Source: Octopus sinensis
Lineage: Eukaryota
Direction: 5' to 3'
Length of the DNA: 64,000 nt
Assembly: GCF_006345805.1 (NCBI RefSeq)
Contig: NC_043013.1
Location: 29,574,001 to 29,638,000, forward strand
Program-made: the position numbers and the translations under genes
Shown here: positions 39,236 through 52,222 of the stretch, piece by piece
How positions within the stretch are numbered: the stretch's first letter is position 1
Layout of the letters: each line of letters begins with the position of its first letter
Notes under the pieces: model-generated
The model's database searches: none
What the model saw: the letters and a program-made list of their open reading frames with translations, nothing else
Told to the model about the DNA's origin: nothing

Positions 39236-40420
39236 CTTCATATATTGACATAAAAGGGTGAAAGTTATCTTCAGAGAATCAATAGCTTGGGAAATGTAGC
39301 TGACTCTATTTCCTTATGCTCTTTTATATTTTTTAGATTAGAACCCTTACAAGGCCTAAACAAACGAAACTGTAAAGCTTAGTGTTTATCCGTCTGTGTA
39401 ATTGCTGAAATTAAGCTTATTCCTTCCCATTTTATGCAAAACATTTCTTTTAGGAATTTTAATCAAAATATTCATTTCCTTTTTCATAAATTTGAAATTT
39501 CAAATCAATAAAATGTAGCTTTATAAAATTTAATTGTTCAACAAGTGACTATCTGAAATTAATATTTAATTAAAAAATAAAATCAATTTTTTAAAAATTC
39601 ACATGAATTTCATTTCCATAATTCTATTTATTTTTAAAAAAATTAAATTTTAGTTTCAGTTTGAATTTCAATTTCCTTTTCTTTTTCCTTTTTTTAATTT
39701 CCATTCAATATTTTCTTTTACATCATATAAGTTCAAAAATTATTTATGAAGTGGAATTTTTCATGAAGTATTTTTTGTTTTGTTATTTTTTTCTTTTTTT
39801 TTTTCTATTAGTGAGGAGAAGACATTTTGAAATTTCAAATTGATAAATTGAACAAACAAAACAAAAATATAAAACTAAAAAAATGTTTTTCAGAAACAAA
39901 ATCCCTGAAGACAATAGAAAACATTTGTTTCATTTTTGTTTTTTTGTTTCCATTCAGTATTTTCTTTTGTCTTCAGGTCTTTCATTTATAAAGGAAAAAG
40001 AAAAAATCTTTTATTCATCAGAAATTTAGGAGTAAACTCTCCTTGCTGAAAAACTGTTGTGGTGAAAGAAGATTAAAAAAACACAAAATAAAACAAGAGG
40101 CCAAAAAAACAAAACTACAAATATTGATTTCAAATTTTGACACAAGGCCAGCAAGTTGGTATTTCATTTATTGGACCTGGAAGACCGAAAAGCTTCTCAC
40201 GAGAGTTTGTGGAGGGTTGTAGTTTAGTGGTTAGGGTATGCAACTCATGATTGTAAGGACGTGAGTTTGATACCCAGTGGTGTGTTGTGTTCTTGAGCAA
40301 GACACTTTATTTCATGTTGCTCCACTCAGCTCAGCTGGAAAGAATGATTTGCATCTGTTCTCCAAAGGACAGCCATGTTGCATTCTGTGTCATGCTAAAT
40401 CTCTTTGAGAACTACATTAA

Positions 40421-40928
40421 CCCTTTAGCATTTAAACCGGCCATATCCGGCCAAAAGTATTCTGCCTGTTTTATGTTCAAACTGGCCAGATCTGGTCTCA
40501 CACCAACCCTACAATATCGTTTTAAAATTTAACAGCAACCTCATCAAAATCTCATAGCTACAAGATAATGCATGATTGCTTCAAAACAATCACCATCATC
40601 ATCATCATCGTTTAACGTCCGTTTTCCATGCTAGCACAGGTTGGACGGTTCGACCGGGGTCTGGGAGGCCAGAAGGCTGCACCAGGCTCCAGTCTGATCT
40701 GGCAGTGTTTCTACAGCTGGATGCCCTTCCTAGCACCAACCACTCCGTGAGTGTAGTGGGTGCTTTTTACGTGCCAGGGGAGTCTGGCAGCAGCCATGAT
40801 TGGTTGGTGCTTTTTACGTGCCACCGGCACAGAAGCCAGTCAAGGCTGCGCTGGCATCGGCCACGTTCGGATGGTGCTTTTTACGTGCCACTGGCACAGA
40901 AGCCAAGAATAATATGAACGGTAAAGGG
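40421..40928 (+). mobile_element. TTAA MITE F inserted in a SINE E (about 40212-41050) and itself carrying an RTE 3'UTR fragment (about 40590-40905)
   Basis: TTAA at 40417-40420 and 40929-40932; SINE E sequence resumes after the second TTAA. Confidence 0.8.
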
Positions 40929-41526
40929 TTAAGGTTAGACTTGTCTCTCGAGTCTTCGGCCACTTGCACATTAATTTCAGAACGGCAGGCTGTTCCATTG
41001 ATTGAATCAACTGGAACAGTGTATGTCATTGTAACCGACAGAGTGCCACTCGTGAGAGTTCAGAATATCTTAAAATGTGAGTACAAGATCAGAGAGGAGA
41101 CTCACAGACATATACGCACTCTCTTTATTATTATTGCTCAGTGCAGGTTGAGCTTTTCTGGTTATTTCTATCATGCTGGACAACAGGCCATATCATTTTG
41201 GAAAAATTAGAACCCTATCAGAGAGAAAAAAAGACCACTCGGCAATTTTGATGCTATTGTCAGAGATACAGAACATGAAATTGGGGATCTACCAATGCTA
41301 ATGGGGGTTTAAAGATTTCTGCACTGCATTGTGAAACATATCTCAGATGCCCTGATGCAATACCAGGTACTTGCTCTCATAGCTTCTGATCTTAACTGAT
41401 TGGAAGTTTAATCATGTACATATTTCAGACTGGAGCCTGGTGCAGCCTCCTGGCTTCCGAGACCCCAGTCGAACTGTCCAACCCATGCTAGCATGGAAAA
41501 TGGACGTTAAACGATGATGATGATGA

Positions 41527-41680
41527 TATTTCATCTTGCTTACATCATTTACATTCAACGGATATTTCTCCTCATCTTGTTTGTTGCTAACACAACGTTT
41601 TGGCTGATATACTCTCCAGCCTTCTTCAGGTGTCCTGGGGAGATTTCGAACCTGTGTTCCCATTTCTAAGCTATTAAGGA
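41527..41680 (-). mobile_element. Tail-only copy of family H
   Basis: Minus strand GACAC-CTGAAGA-AGGCTG-GAGAGTATAT-CAGCC-AAAACGTT-GTGTT (41634-41589). Confidence 0.7.
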
Positions 41681-41736
41681 AGGATAGGAAAATATTATAT
41701 TTATGAGTCCTAAAATTCACTCCATAATTGCCAACA

Positions 41737-41971
41737 GGCGTAGTGATTAAGAGCGCGGGCTACTAACCCCAAGATTCTGAGTTCGATTCCAGGCAGTGAC
41801 CTGAATAGTACTAATAGTAATAACATTGAAAAATACCTTAGGAATGTGAACCCAGGTTCGAAATTTCCCCAGGACACCTGAAAAAGGCTGGAGGGTATAT
41901 CAGCCATAATGTTGTGCTAACAACAAGATGTAAATAATGCATATAATTCCTCATCTCTCAAATATAGAACT
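41737..41971 (+). mobile_element. SINE family H: tRNA-like head + PLE-type tail with hammerhead-like core
   Basis: Head GGCGTAGTGATTAAG...GAGTTCGATTCC; tail GACAC-CTGAAAA-AGGCTG...CAGCC-ATAATGTT-GTGCT; homologous to 59564-59805. Confidence 0.7.
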
Positions 41972-42468
41972 GAATATTTCATCTTGGTGTAAAATGATGG
42001 GCTACAGCAAATATTCTGCTCGGTACCACAGATTTGCTTGTCAGTTGCTTGACCTTAACCAGTTGCACATGTTCCTTCCTAGCAGACAATATGTGCATCT
42101 CTGATCATGAGCAGTAGAGGAGGAGCATCATAGCCATGTTTTGAGAGGAATTCTTAGGGGTTTGAATAATTCACCTCTGGAAACATGGATGTGTCTTTCA
42201 AATATCCTTAAAGAATCTTTATTCAGGGAGCTTTTGAGTGGGATGGGCTACTCGACCTGAAGAAAATTCTAACTGGGCCCCACTTGCAAGGTCATGTATT
42301 GTTTATCTTGATATGAGGTCATCTAGATGTGCACATATGGTTGTGATGCATGTGCCTGGTGTACCTTTACTAGATGGGTAGTCATGATGGGTAAATTGGG
42401 TTTCATATATTTGTACTCCAGTGTCATTTTGATGGCATTCACTACTCTCTCACTCAATAATAATAATG

Positions 42469-42509
<41 letters not shown>

Positions 42510-43088
42510 AGTTTCAAATTTTGGCACAAGGCCAGCAATTTCCAGGGAGGGATAAGTTGATTACATCAACACTAATCCTCAACTAATACATATTTTATTG
42601 ACTCTGAAAGAATGAAAAGTAGAGTGGACCTTAGCAGAATTTGAACTCAGAATGTAGTGATGGACAAAATGCTAAACATTCTGGCTGGTGTGCTTGTGAT
42701 TCTGTTGGCTTGCCACCTTAATAATAATAATAGTAATAATTATTAAGATGGCGAGCTACTTGACCTGAAGAAAATTCTAACTGGGCCCCACCTGCAAAGT
42801 CATGCGCTGTTTATCTTGATATGAGATCACCATGCTGTGCACATATTGTGATGCCTGTGCCTGATGTTACCTTATCAGGCAGTTATGATGGTTTTATTGG
42901 GCTTTGTATATTTGTACCCCAGTGTTACTTTGATGGCATAATTCTGTCTATAATAGGTACAAAGTGTGAAATTTTCTGGGAAGGGGTAAGTCAATCACAT
43001 CAACATGTGCTCAACTGGTACTTATTTTATTGACCCCGAAAGGATGGAAATTCAGGTTGACATTGGCAGAATTTGAACTCAGAATGTA

Positions 43089-43628
43089 GGCGTAGGAGTG
43101 GCTGTGTGGTAAGTAGCTTGCTTACCAATCACATGGTTCCAGATTCAATCCCACTGTGTGGCACCTTGGGCAAGTGTCTTCTACTATAGCCTCAGGCCGA
43201 CCAAAGCCTTGTGAGTGGATTTAGTAGATGGAAACTGAAAGAAGCCCATCGTATATATATATATCTTTTACTTGTTTCAGTCATTTGACTGTGGCCATGC
43301 TGGAGCACCGCCTTTTAGTCGAGCAAATTGACCCCGGGACTTATTCTATCGGTCTCTTTTGCCGAACCGCTAAGTGACGGGAACATAAACACACCAGCAT
43401 CGGTTGTCAAGCAATGCTAGGGGGACAAACACAGACACACAAACACATACACACACACATATATATATATACATATATACGACAGGCTTCTTTCAGTTTC
43501 TGTCTACCAAGGCATTGGTCGGCCCGGGGCTATAGTAGAAGACACTTGCCCAAGATGCTACGCAGTGGGACTGAACCCGGAACCATGTGGTTGGTTAGCA
43601 AGCTACTTACCACACAGCCACTCCTGCG

Positions 43629-43716
<88 letters not shown>

Positions 43717-43925
43717 TTGTGTTTCTGTGTTTGTCTCCCCAACATTGCTTGACAACCGATGCTGTTGTGTTTACGTCCCCGTCACTTAGCGGTTCAGCAA
43801 AAGAGATCGATAGAATAAGTACTAGGCTTCCAGAGAATAAGTCCTGGGGTCAATTTGCTCGACTAAAGGCAGTGCTCCAGCATGGCCACAGTCAAATGAC
43901 TGAAACAAGTAAAAGAGTAAAGAGA
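43089..43925 (+). mobile_element. SINE A with a second, antisense SINE A (43264-43630) nested in its internal microsatellite
   Basis: Outer 5' half 43089-43260, outer 3' half about 43680-43925; the inner copy is near complete on the minus strand. Confidence 0.85.
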
Positions 43926-44404
43926 CAAATGAAATGCATTTAAATATTTTGGTTGGCATGCTAACAGTTCTGCCAGGTCACCACCTTATTCTTTCAAATT
44001 TTAGCTCAAGGCAAGCAGTTTTAGGGGTCAGTCACATACATTGGCCCCAGTGCTCAGCTGATTCTTGTTTTATCTACTCGGAAAGACGAAAGTGTAAGTG
44101 GACCCTGGCAGAATTTGAACTCAGAATGTAAGGAACCAGAGAAAAAAAAGCCACTAAGCATTCCTCCTGATGCTTGGACGCTTCTCTGTTATAACTAGGG
44201 TTAGATTTCATTCTTTTTATAATTAACCTTTGGGTTATTAGAAGGCCCTGAGTTGGAGCTAATCTCCAGTGTTGGGTGGTTAATTTGAGGGAGAGAAATA
44301 TCTTTGGTAAAGATGTCAGTGTACTGTAGGGAATTTTGTTTTTATGCAGGTAAAATTGAATTTGGAACTTCAATGGAATGAATCATTATATCATTCATAA
44401 AATG

Positions 44405-45640
44405 AAGGTGATGAGCTGGCAGAATTGTTCTTGTGCGCCGGACAAATGCTTAGCAGTATTTCGTCTGTCTTTATGTTCTGAGTTCAAATTCTGCTGGGGT
44501 CAACTTTGCCTTTCATCCTTTCGAGGTCGATAAAATAAAGACCATTTACACACCGGAGTCGATGTAAACGACTTGCCCCTCTTCTAAAACTACTGGCCTT
44601 GTGCCAAAATTTGAAATCAATATTCTTTTCTACTCTAGGCACAAGGCTCGAAATTTTGGGCGAGGTGGCCAGTCGATTAGATCATTCCTAGTACACAACT
44701 GGTACTTAATTTATCGACTCCCAAAAGATGAAAAGCAAAGTCGACCTCGGCGGAATTTGAACTCAGAACGTAGCGATGGGCGAAATACCGCTAACCGTTT
44801 CGCCCGTTAAGCTAATGTTTCTGCCAGCTCGCTGCCTTGGAACTTTAAAATAAATCTTTCTACTGGAGGCACAATACCCGAAATTTTGGGGGAGGTGCCA
44901 GTCGATTAGATCGACTCCTGTACTCAGCTGGTACTTAATTTATCGACCTGGAAAGATGAAAGGCAGAATTTTAACTCAGAATGTGAAGACAGACGAAATA
45001 CCTATTTCTTTACTACCCACAAGGGGCTAAACACAGAGAGGACAAACAAGGACAGACAAACGGATTAAGTCGATTACATCGACCCCAGTGCGTAACTGGT
45101 GCTTATTTAATCGTCCCCGAAAGGATGAAAGGCAAAGGCGACCTCGGCGGAATTTGAACTCAGAATGTAACGGCAGCCGAAATACGGCTACGCATTTCGC
45201 CCGGCGTGCTAACAGTTGTGCCAGCTCGCCGCCTTAATTTGAAATCTATATTTCTCATTAAATTAAATAAGTGAGTTGGCAGAATCGTTAGCACACTGGG
45301 CAAAATGCTTAGTGAAATTTCGTCTGTCTATATGTTCTGCGTTCAAATACCTATTTCTTTATTACCCACAAGGGGCTAAACACAGAGGGGACAAACAAGG
45401 ACAGACATAGGTATTAAGTCGATTACATCGACCCCAGTGCGTAACTGGCACTTAATTTATCGACCCCGAAAGGATGAAAGGCAAAGTCGACCTCGGCGGA
45501 ATTTGAACTCACAGCGTAATGGCAAACGAAATACCGCTAAGCATTTCGCCCGGCGTGCTAACGTTTCTGCCAGCTCACCGCCTTAAATACCGCCATGGTC
45601 AACTTTGCCTTTCATTTCATCCTTTCGGTGTCGATAAAAT
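44405..45640. mobile_element. Cluster of about six SINE B copies, some nested at AAATAC sites
   Basis: Copies at about 44405(+), 44630(-), 44860(-), 45001(-), 45270(+, split) and 45349(-). Confidence 0.75.
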
Positions 45641-47120
45641 AAGGATTAGTTCCCCTCCAGCAAAATTTCATGTCTTGTGTTTTATGGCGTAGAAAGAAAT
45701 ATTACTCACCAAGGTCACTTTATTTGAACAATGAATTAAAACTGTAATGACTAATGCTCAGCACATAGATCAAGGATATAACAGTAGGATATGAACCACC
45801 GACTATTCATTAGATTGTCAGCGCTTTCGCCACGAGGGATTGTAAACGGCAGATTATAGAGTTTGACTTGAGTTGTCTTCAAGGGAGAGATAAATCTTGC
45901 ATGATCTAAGGGAGACAATTCTGTAATGCAAGGGAAACAACTACATAAGCAAGTTGTAAATATTGACGTTTTTAAGCTAAGTTCGAAATGTTTTCACGTC
46001 TTGTCGGTGGATTGGTTGTTTTTATTATTATTAGAGCATTGGATAAAGTACCTTCCCTTACTTCTTCCCGCTCTTTACGTTCTGAGTTCAAATCCCACTG
46101 CAGTTAACAAATAAGGTATCAACGAAGTGCCGGTATCGATGTCACGGACTGTACCAAGGCGAAGGGGAGCTGGCAGAATCGTTAGCACGCCGGGCAAAAT
46201 TCTTAGCGGCATTTCTTCTGACAAACGTTCTGAGCTCAAATTCCGCCGAAGTCGACTTTGCCTTTCATCCTTTCGGGGTCGATAAAATAAGTACCAGTCG
46301 AGTACTGGGATCGGAGTAATTGATTAATCCCCTCCCCGGAAGTTGCTGGCCTTGGGTCAAAATTTGAAACCGATATTATGGACTGTACCCTTCGCTAGAG
46401 ATTCCCAGTTTTGTGCCTTTGTAAGAAACCATATTTACGTTCTGTCTTCTTCCAGACGACCACCATTTTATTCTTACACTATTCAGAGTCGTTAGAGCAT
46501 CTGATAAGATACACTCGTCTTATTTGTTCCAATTCTCTGTGCTCTTACTAAAGTCAACTTTGCTTTTCATCCTTTCAGGATTGGTAAGGAAGAATGCATT
46601 CAGGGTGGTGGATAAATGGAAATTGATGAATGCCAGACTGAATGCTTTGCAGTATTTTATCCAGCTCTGTGTGTTCTGAGTTCAAACCTGGCCATGGCCT
46701 GGTAATAGACTTAATCTCATACTTGGTCTAACTCTACCATCTAGTACCTTCGGTACCTTTAGAGTGGAGCCTGCCGTGTTGTAAGCATTCAGGCCAGATT
46801 GCCAATTTGAGGATATCTTTCCTCTCATACCTGTCTCATAGGCAACCATTAAAAGTTATAGAGAAAGATTCTACCTGCTGTTGAGGTTGATGCCATTGAG
46901 CTTCTGCAAGCTGACATCTGCTGTGAGAACATTCGAAGGAACCTCTGTGTGAACACTTGAGTTGCTTGAAACATTAGTCAAGTCATTCTTCAGTCACACC
47001 CTTCTATCTTAACCCTTTTGGTACCATATTTCTGTTGGAAAACTTTGCCTTTGTTTAAATTAATTTTGAAAATAATGAAGAATTTAGTAAAACAACTTTG
47101 TTATAATTAGTGTTTGGAAT

Positions 47121-47332
47121 ACTCTTTACTCTCTTTTACTTGTTTCAGTCATTTGACTGTGGCCATGCTGGAGCAAATCGACCCCAGGACTTATTCTTTG
47201 TAAGCCTAGTACTTATTCTATCGGTCTCTCTTGCCGAACCGCTAGATGATGGGTACGTAAACACACCAGCATCGGTTGTCAAGTGATGTTGGGGGGGGCG
47301 TTGCAAACACAGACACACAAACATATACACAC

Positions 47333-47368
<36 letters not shown>

Positions 47369-47369
47369 C

Positions 47370-47401
<32 letters not shown>

Positions 47402-47576
47402 CATACATATATACGATGGGCTTCTTTCAGTTTCCGTCTACTAAATCCACTCACAAGGCTTTGGTCGGCCAGAGGCTATAGTAGAAGACACTTGCCCAAG
47501 GTGCCACGCAGTGGGACTGAACCCGCAACCATGTGGTTGGTAAGCAAGCTACTTACCGTACACCCACTCCTACGCC
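47121..47576 (-). mobile_element. SINE A
   Basis: Reverse-complement match to family A with an expanded (CA)n tract. Confidence 0.85.
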
Positions 47577-47869
47577 TATGGTTTATTAATATTTATTAAT
47601 AAGAAATTTTGATGGAAACATTTAAAGATGTTAATGTCAGTTATTTTCAAACAGGAAGATTGTATTACAGATCCGAGAATGGTCTGAGGTAGGTTGATAT
47701 CAAAAGGGTTAAATAAAATAAAGCACGACAATGTAGACCTTGATAAGCTATAGAGATGAGATGGTTCTGGTGAGGACGTCTTTGGTTACAGATTGACTCA
47801 ACAGGAATTTAAATGGAAATAACAACAACAACAGCAGCAACAACATTATTGAGCAAAAAAACCTAAAGC

Positions 47870-48140
47870 TCCACGAGGCTCCAGCGGGGGGTGGGGGTGG
47901 CGACCCCTGTTGTACTCTTTCACCCCAACTTTCTCTCACTCTTTCTTCGTGTTTCTTATCCCCGACTTCCTATGCAACTACTGAGCCTGGATGCTCATTC
48001 ATCCATCCATTGATGCTCTCGGTGTCGGGGGTTGACCTGCTTTCTCTTCTGCGGGTCTTACGAAGGACCACATTTTGGACTTCTCCCACTAATGGGACGA
48101 AGACCACTTCACTCAACAAACAAACAAACAGCAGCAACAA
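47870..48140 (+). mobile_element. SINE D central domain + tail variant Y with a (CAA)n end
   Basis: Same tail as 57390-57695 (minus strand). Confidence 0.7.
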
Positions 48141-48966
48141 CTATGTCCTTAGAGTGTCATCTGTAGTTCTGGTAGGAAAGATTTTTATAAAGTGCCTGGT
48201 GTTGGATTTTGGCAGTGAAATGACTAAGTTTGAAAAGAAGAGAGGAGGCTGGCACATTAGGTGTGTTTAGGTGGGACTTGTACACAACCTGCTAGCTCAG
48301 TGAGGGGAATTGTTGCACTGAGACAGATGAAGAAGGATTGGTGGATGAAAGGAGTATTCATCCTTTGGTCCAGGTGTCAAAACACACAAGGTTTCATCTG
48401 GTCCATCATACCTGTTAATTAAGGTGGTGATGCCAAAAGTGTCTTTGCTCTTCAGGTGCTAAGTATTATTGCTATGGCACTGATGTACCAAATGTTAGCA
48501 AAGATGGCAAATAAATGAATAAATAAATAAAAGCTGATTTGTGCACAAATAGCTGTTGTGTGTGCCAGTAAGTCACAGCCTCAAGGCCCCTTTTACATGT
48601 CCCTTACTCATACATGTAACAGCTGTTCTGTCCTAGATGTGTGAGCATTACTTTATCGGGCAGTGCATTTGCTCCTCGAAGAGTTGTTCCTAACTTTGGG
48701 ATGCTGTTGTGGTTATGTCATTAATATGTAGTAGCACTGAGAGATCACTGATAATTTCTATGTATAGAAGTGATGTAATGATTGTGATACTTAGCAATTT
48801 TGAAAAGACTTTCTTGATTCTTTATAATTAAACACCTTTTTTTGACATTAAAAGATGATTCAGGTAGGATAATTGTGTAATGTTTCAATATTACCATTTT
48901 AAGTTCTGGTATAAATGATTACAGTTCCTTGTAATAGACATCATGGTAACAGCAATCCCTCCACTC

Positions 48967-49066
48967 AAGTAGAGCCCCCTTTTCAATAGTCAAATACTCA
49001 AGCACTACTCACATGAAAGTAGAGCCCCCTTTTCAATAGTCAAATACTCAATCACTACTCACATGA
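48967..49066. repeat. 50-bp direct tandem duplication (1 mismatch)
   Basis: AAGTAGAGCCCCCTTTTCAATAGTCAAATACTCAA(G/T)CACTACTCACATGA twice. Confidence 0.9.
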
Positions 49067-50390
49067 AGAAAACACTATTATACCACTCTCCCTCTAATCA
49101 TGAGTGACACTCAGCTAGAATTCTCACAGTTACTTCAAATACTCGACTTTACTATCACTAAAGATCTTTTCATAGCCAGGAGATATTTTAGTCCCTAGCA
49201 ACTGCCAATACTCTACAAGAGTCAAGTGATACTCAAAATGGAATACTGGCCAACTGGAATAAGGCTGCAAATAACACACATATTGTGCTGCCACTTTCAA
49301 AGAAGAGCCATTCAATTTATTATCATTTTATCACCAATAGGCACACTCCAGTCTCTGGCCCATGAATGTGTTGTCTCCTCTCTCCAGCTTTTTTTATTGC
49401 TAGTATAATGGCCTCTGTTCCTCAGTGCTGGCTGGTTTCATACCTCCACTACTCAGTGTACACCTGACCCACTGGTCTCACCACTTTGGTACCTGTATTG
49501 CATCCAATCCTACTCCCTCTGCGCTAACCACTAACTGGTGAGTCCAGTACTTTCTTCCTTAGAACATTGGCTCTCTGGAATCCTCACTTTGCTCATGTTT
49601 TCCTGCTAGTGTTGATATGAAAGGGCTATGGGCTCTGCCCCTTCCTCCAGACTCAAGAAGTAAAATAATGGAAAGGAAAAAAAGGCATGGCTGTATGATA
49701 AGAAGTTTGTTTCTCAACCACATGGTTCCCGATTCAGGCCCACTGCATGACACCTTGGGCATGAGTCTTTTACTATAACACTGAGTCTTGTGAGTGGATT
49801 TGAAAGAAGCCTGTTGCATGTATTTATATGTATATATACATATGTGTTTATGTTTTGAAAGAAGTCAGTTGAATGTATATGTGTGTATATATCTATGTGT
49901 ATGTATATATGTGTATATATCTTTGTGTATGTATATATGTGTATATATCTATGTGTATGCATCTTCGTGATTGTGTTTGTCTCCACCTATGCTTGATGTT
50001 GGTTTGTTTACACCTCAATAACTTAGCAGTTTGGCAAATAGACCAATAAGATAAGTACTGAGTTTTAGAGGATAAGTGTTGAAATCAATTTGTTTGACTA
50101 AAATGCTTCAAGGCAGTGCCCCCAGCATTTGCACAGTCCAGTGGCCAAAACAAGTAAAAGAGCATTTCTTATGAATGAGACCAACAAACATAACATTTTA
50201 TTATGCTGTCCACAAGGATGTTTAAAAGGTTTCCCTTTATAGAAGCTGTTTATGTCTGGCACGAGGAAAGTAAGTTGCATAGGGCTGATTCCTGTAAGTT
50301 GAAGGTTATTAAAATTGAAAGGGTTTTCTCTTTCATTGGAGCACTGTGTTTTGCTGGACGTCATTATGAGTTGGAGTAAATTTGGAAGTC

Positions 50391-50840
50391 TTAACCCTTT
50401 CATTACTGTATTTATTTTGAGATGCTCTGTGTTTGTCTCAATTAATTTTAAATATAACAAAGAACTTAGTAAAATAACTTAGTTATCCTTGAGCTAGTGT
50501 TAGGAACATAAATTGTGACTAAGTTTTGGTGGACGGTTTTAATTCAGATCTTTTGAAAATAAGACATTTGTACTACAGAACCAGACACAGTTTCAGCCAA
50601 GTTGGTATCACAAAGGTTAAGAATTGTTTCTCTATTATATATTTTAAACCTTTTCTTACCATATTTCTGTTGAGAGGCTCTGTGTTTCTTTCAATTAATT
50701 TTAAATATAACAAAGAATTTAGTAAAATAATTTGGTTATCATTAAGCTAGTGTTGGGAACATAAACTGTGACTAAGGTTTGGTGGAAGATTTTAATTCAG
50801 AACTTATGGAAACAGAGCCAGACGTGGTTTCAGCTGGGTT
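50391..50840 (+). mobile_element. Two tandem copies of a second TTAA-bounded MITE (family G)
   Basis: TTAACCCTTT...AAAGGTTAA (50391-50620) and a diverged copy at about 50644-50840; partial copy at about 47010. Confidence 0.7.
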
Positions 50841-50910
50841 GCTAATGAAATGAGGTTCTGATGCACACCAAAGTTTATGTTATGATCGAATGGTTTGACA
50901 GCAAACTTAA

Positions 50911-52222
50911 CCCTTTAGTATTCCTACCAGCCATATCTGGCCAAAATATTCTGCCTCTTTTTTGTTCAAACTGGCCAGATCCAACATTCCACACCTACTC
51001 TACAATGTTATTGTATAAATAAACAATCACATCATTGAAATCTCAAAAGCTATGAGATAATGCATGATTATTTCAAAACAAGGCCAGATCCAGCTTCTCA
51101 CACCTACCCTACAATGTCATTCTAAAAATAAACAATCACATCATTGAAATCTCAAAAGCTATGAGATAATGCATGATTAATTCAAAACAAGGTCAGATCC
51201 AACCTCTCACACCTACCTTATAATGTCATTCTGAAAATAAACAATCACATCATTGAAATCTCAAAAGCTATGAGATAATGCATGATTAATTCAAAACAAA
51301 GCCAGATCCAGCCTCTCACACCTACCCTACAATGTCATTCTAAAAATAAACAATCACATCATTGAAATCTCAAAAGCTATGAGATAATGCATGATTAATT
51401 CAAAACAAGGTCAGATCCAACCTCTCACACCTACCTTATAATGTCATTCTGAAAATAAACAATCACATCATTGAAATCTCAAAAGCTATGAGATAATGTA
51501 TGATTAATTCAAAACAAGGTCAGATCCAGCCTCTCACACCTACCCTACAATGTCATTCTAAAAACAAACAATCACATCATTGAAATCTCAAAAGCTATGA
51601 GATAATGCATGATTAATTCAAAACAAAGCCAGATCCAGCCTCTCACACCTACCCTACAATGTCATTCTAAAAATAAACAATCACATCATTGAAATCTCAA
51701 AAGCTATGAGATAATGCATGATTAATTCAAAACAAAGCCAGATCCAGCCTCTCACACCTACCCTACAATGTCATTCTAAAAATAAACAATCACATCATTG
51801 AAATCTCAAAAGCTATGAGTTAATGCAGGATTAATTCAAAACAAGGCCAGATCCAGCCTCTCACACCTACCCTACAATGTCATTCTAAAAACAAACAATC
51901 ACATCATTGAAATCTCAAAAGCTATGAGATAATGCATGATTAATTCAAAACAAGGCCAGATCCAGCCTCTCACACCTACCCTACAATGTCATTCTAAAAA
52001 CAAACAATCACATCATTGAAATCTCAAAAGCTATGAGATAATGCATGATTAATTAAAAACAAGGCCAGATCCAGCCTCTCACACCTACCCTACAATGTCA
52101 TTCTAAAAACAAACAATCACATCATTGAAATCTCAAAAGCTATGAGATAATGCATGATTAATTCAAATATAATGTAAATAAATAAGCATTAGATTTGACA
52201 AAATAATCTGAATGCTAAAGGG
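50911..52222 (+). mobile_element. piggyBac-type MITE F with an internal 109-bp unit amplified to 11 copies (about 50973-52167)
   Basis: TTAA at 50907-50910 and 52223-52226; TIRs CCCTTTAGTATTC / GAATGCTAAAGGG; unit starts every 109 bp from 50973 to 52063. Confidence 0.92.

Noticed and set aside
50973-52167. Regularly spaced repeats as a possible CRISPR array
   Set aside because: The units are contiguous 109-bp near-identical repeats with no unique spacers, in a eukaryotic context with no cas genes
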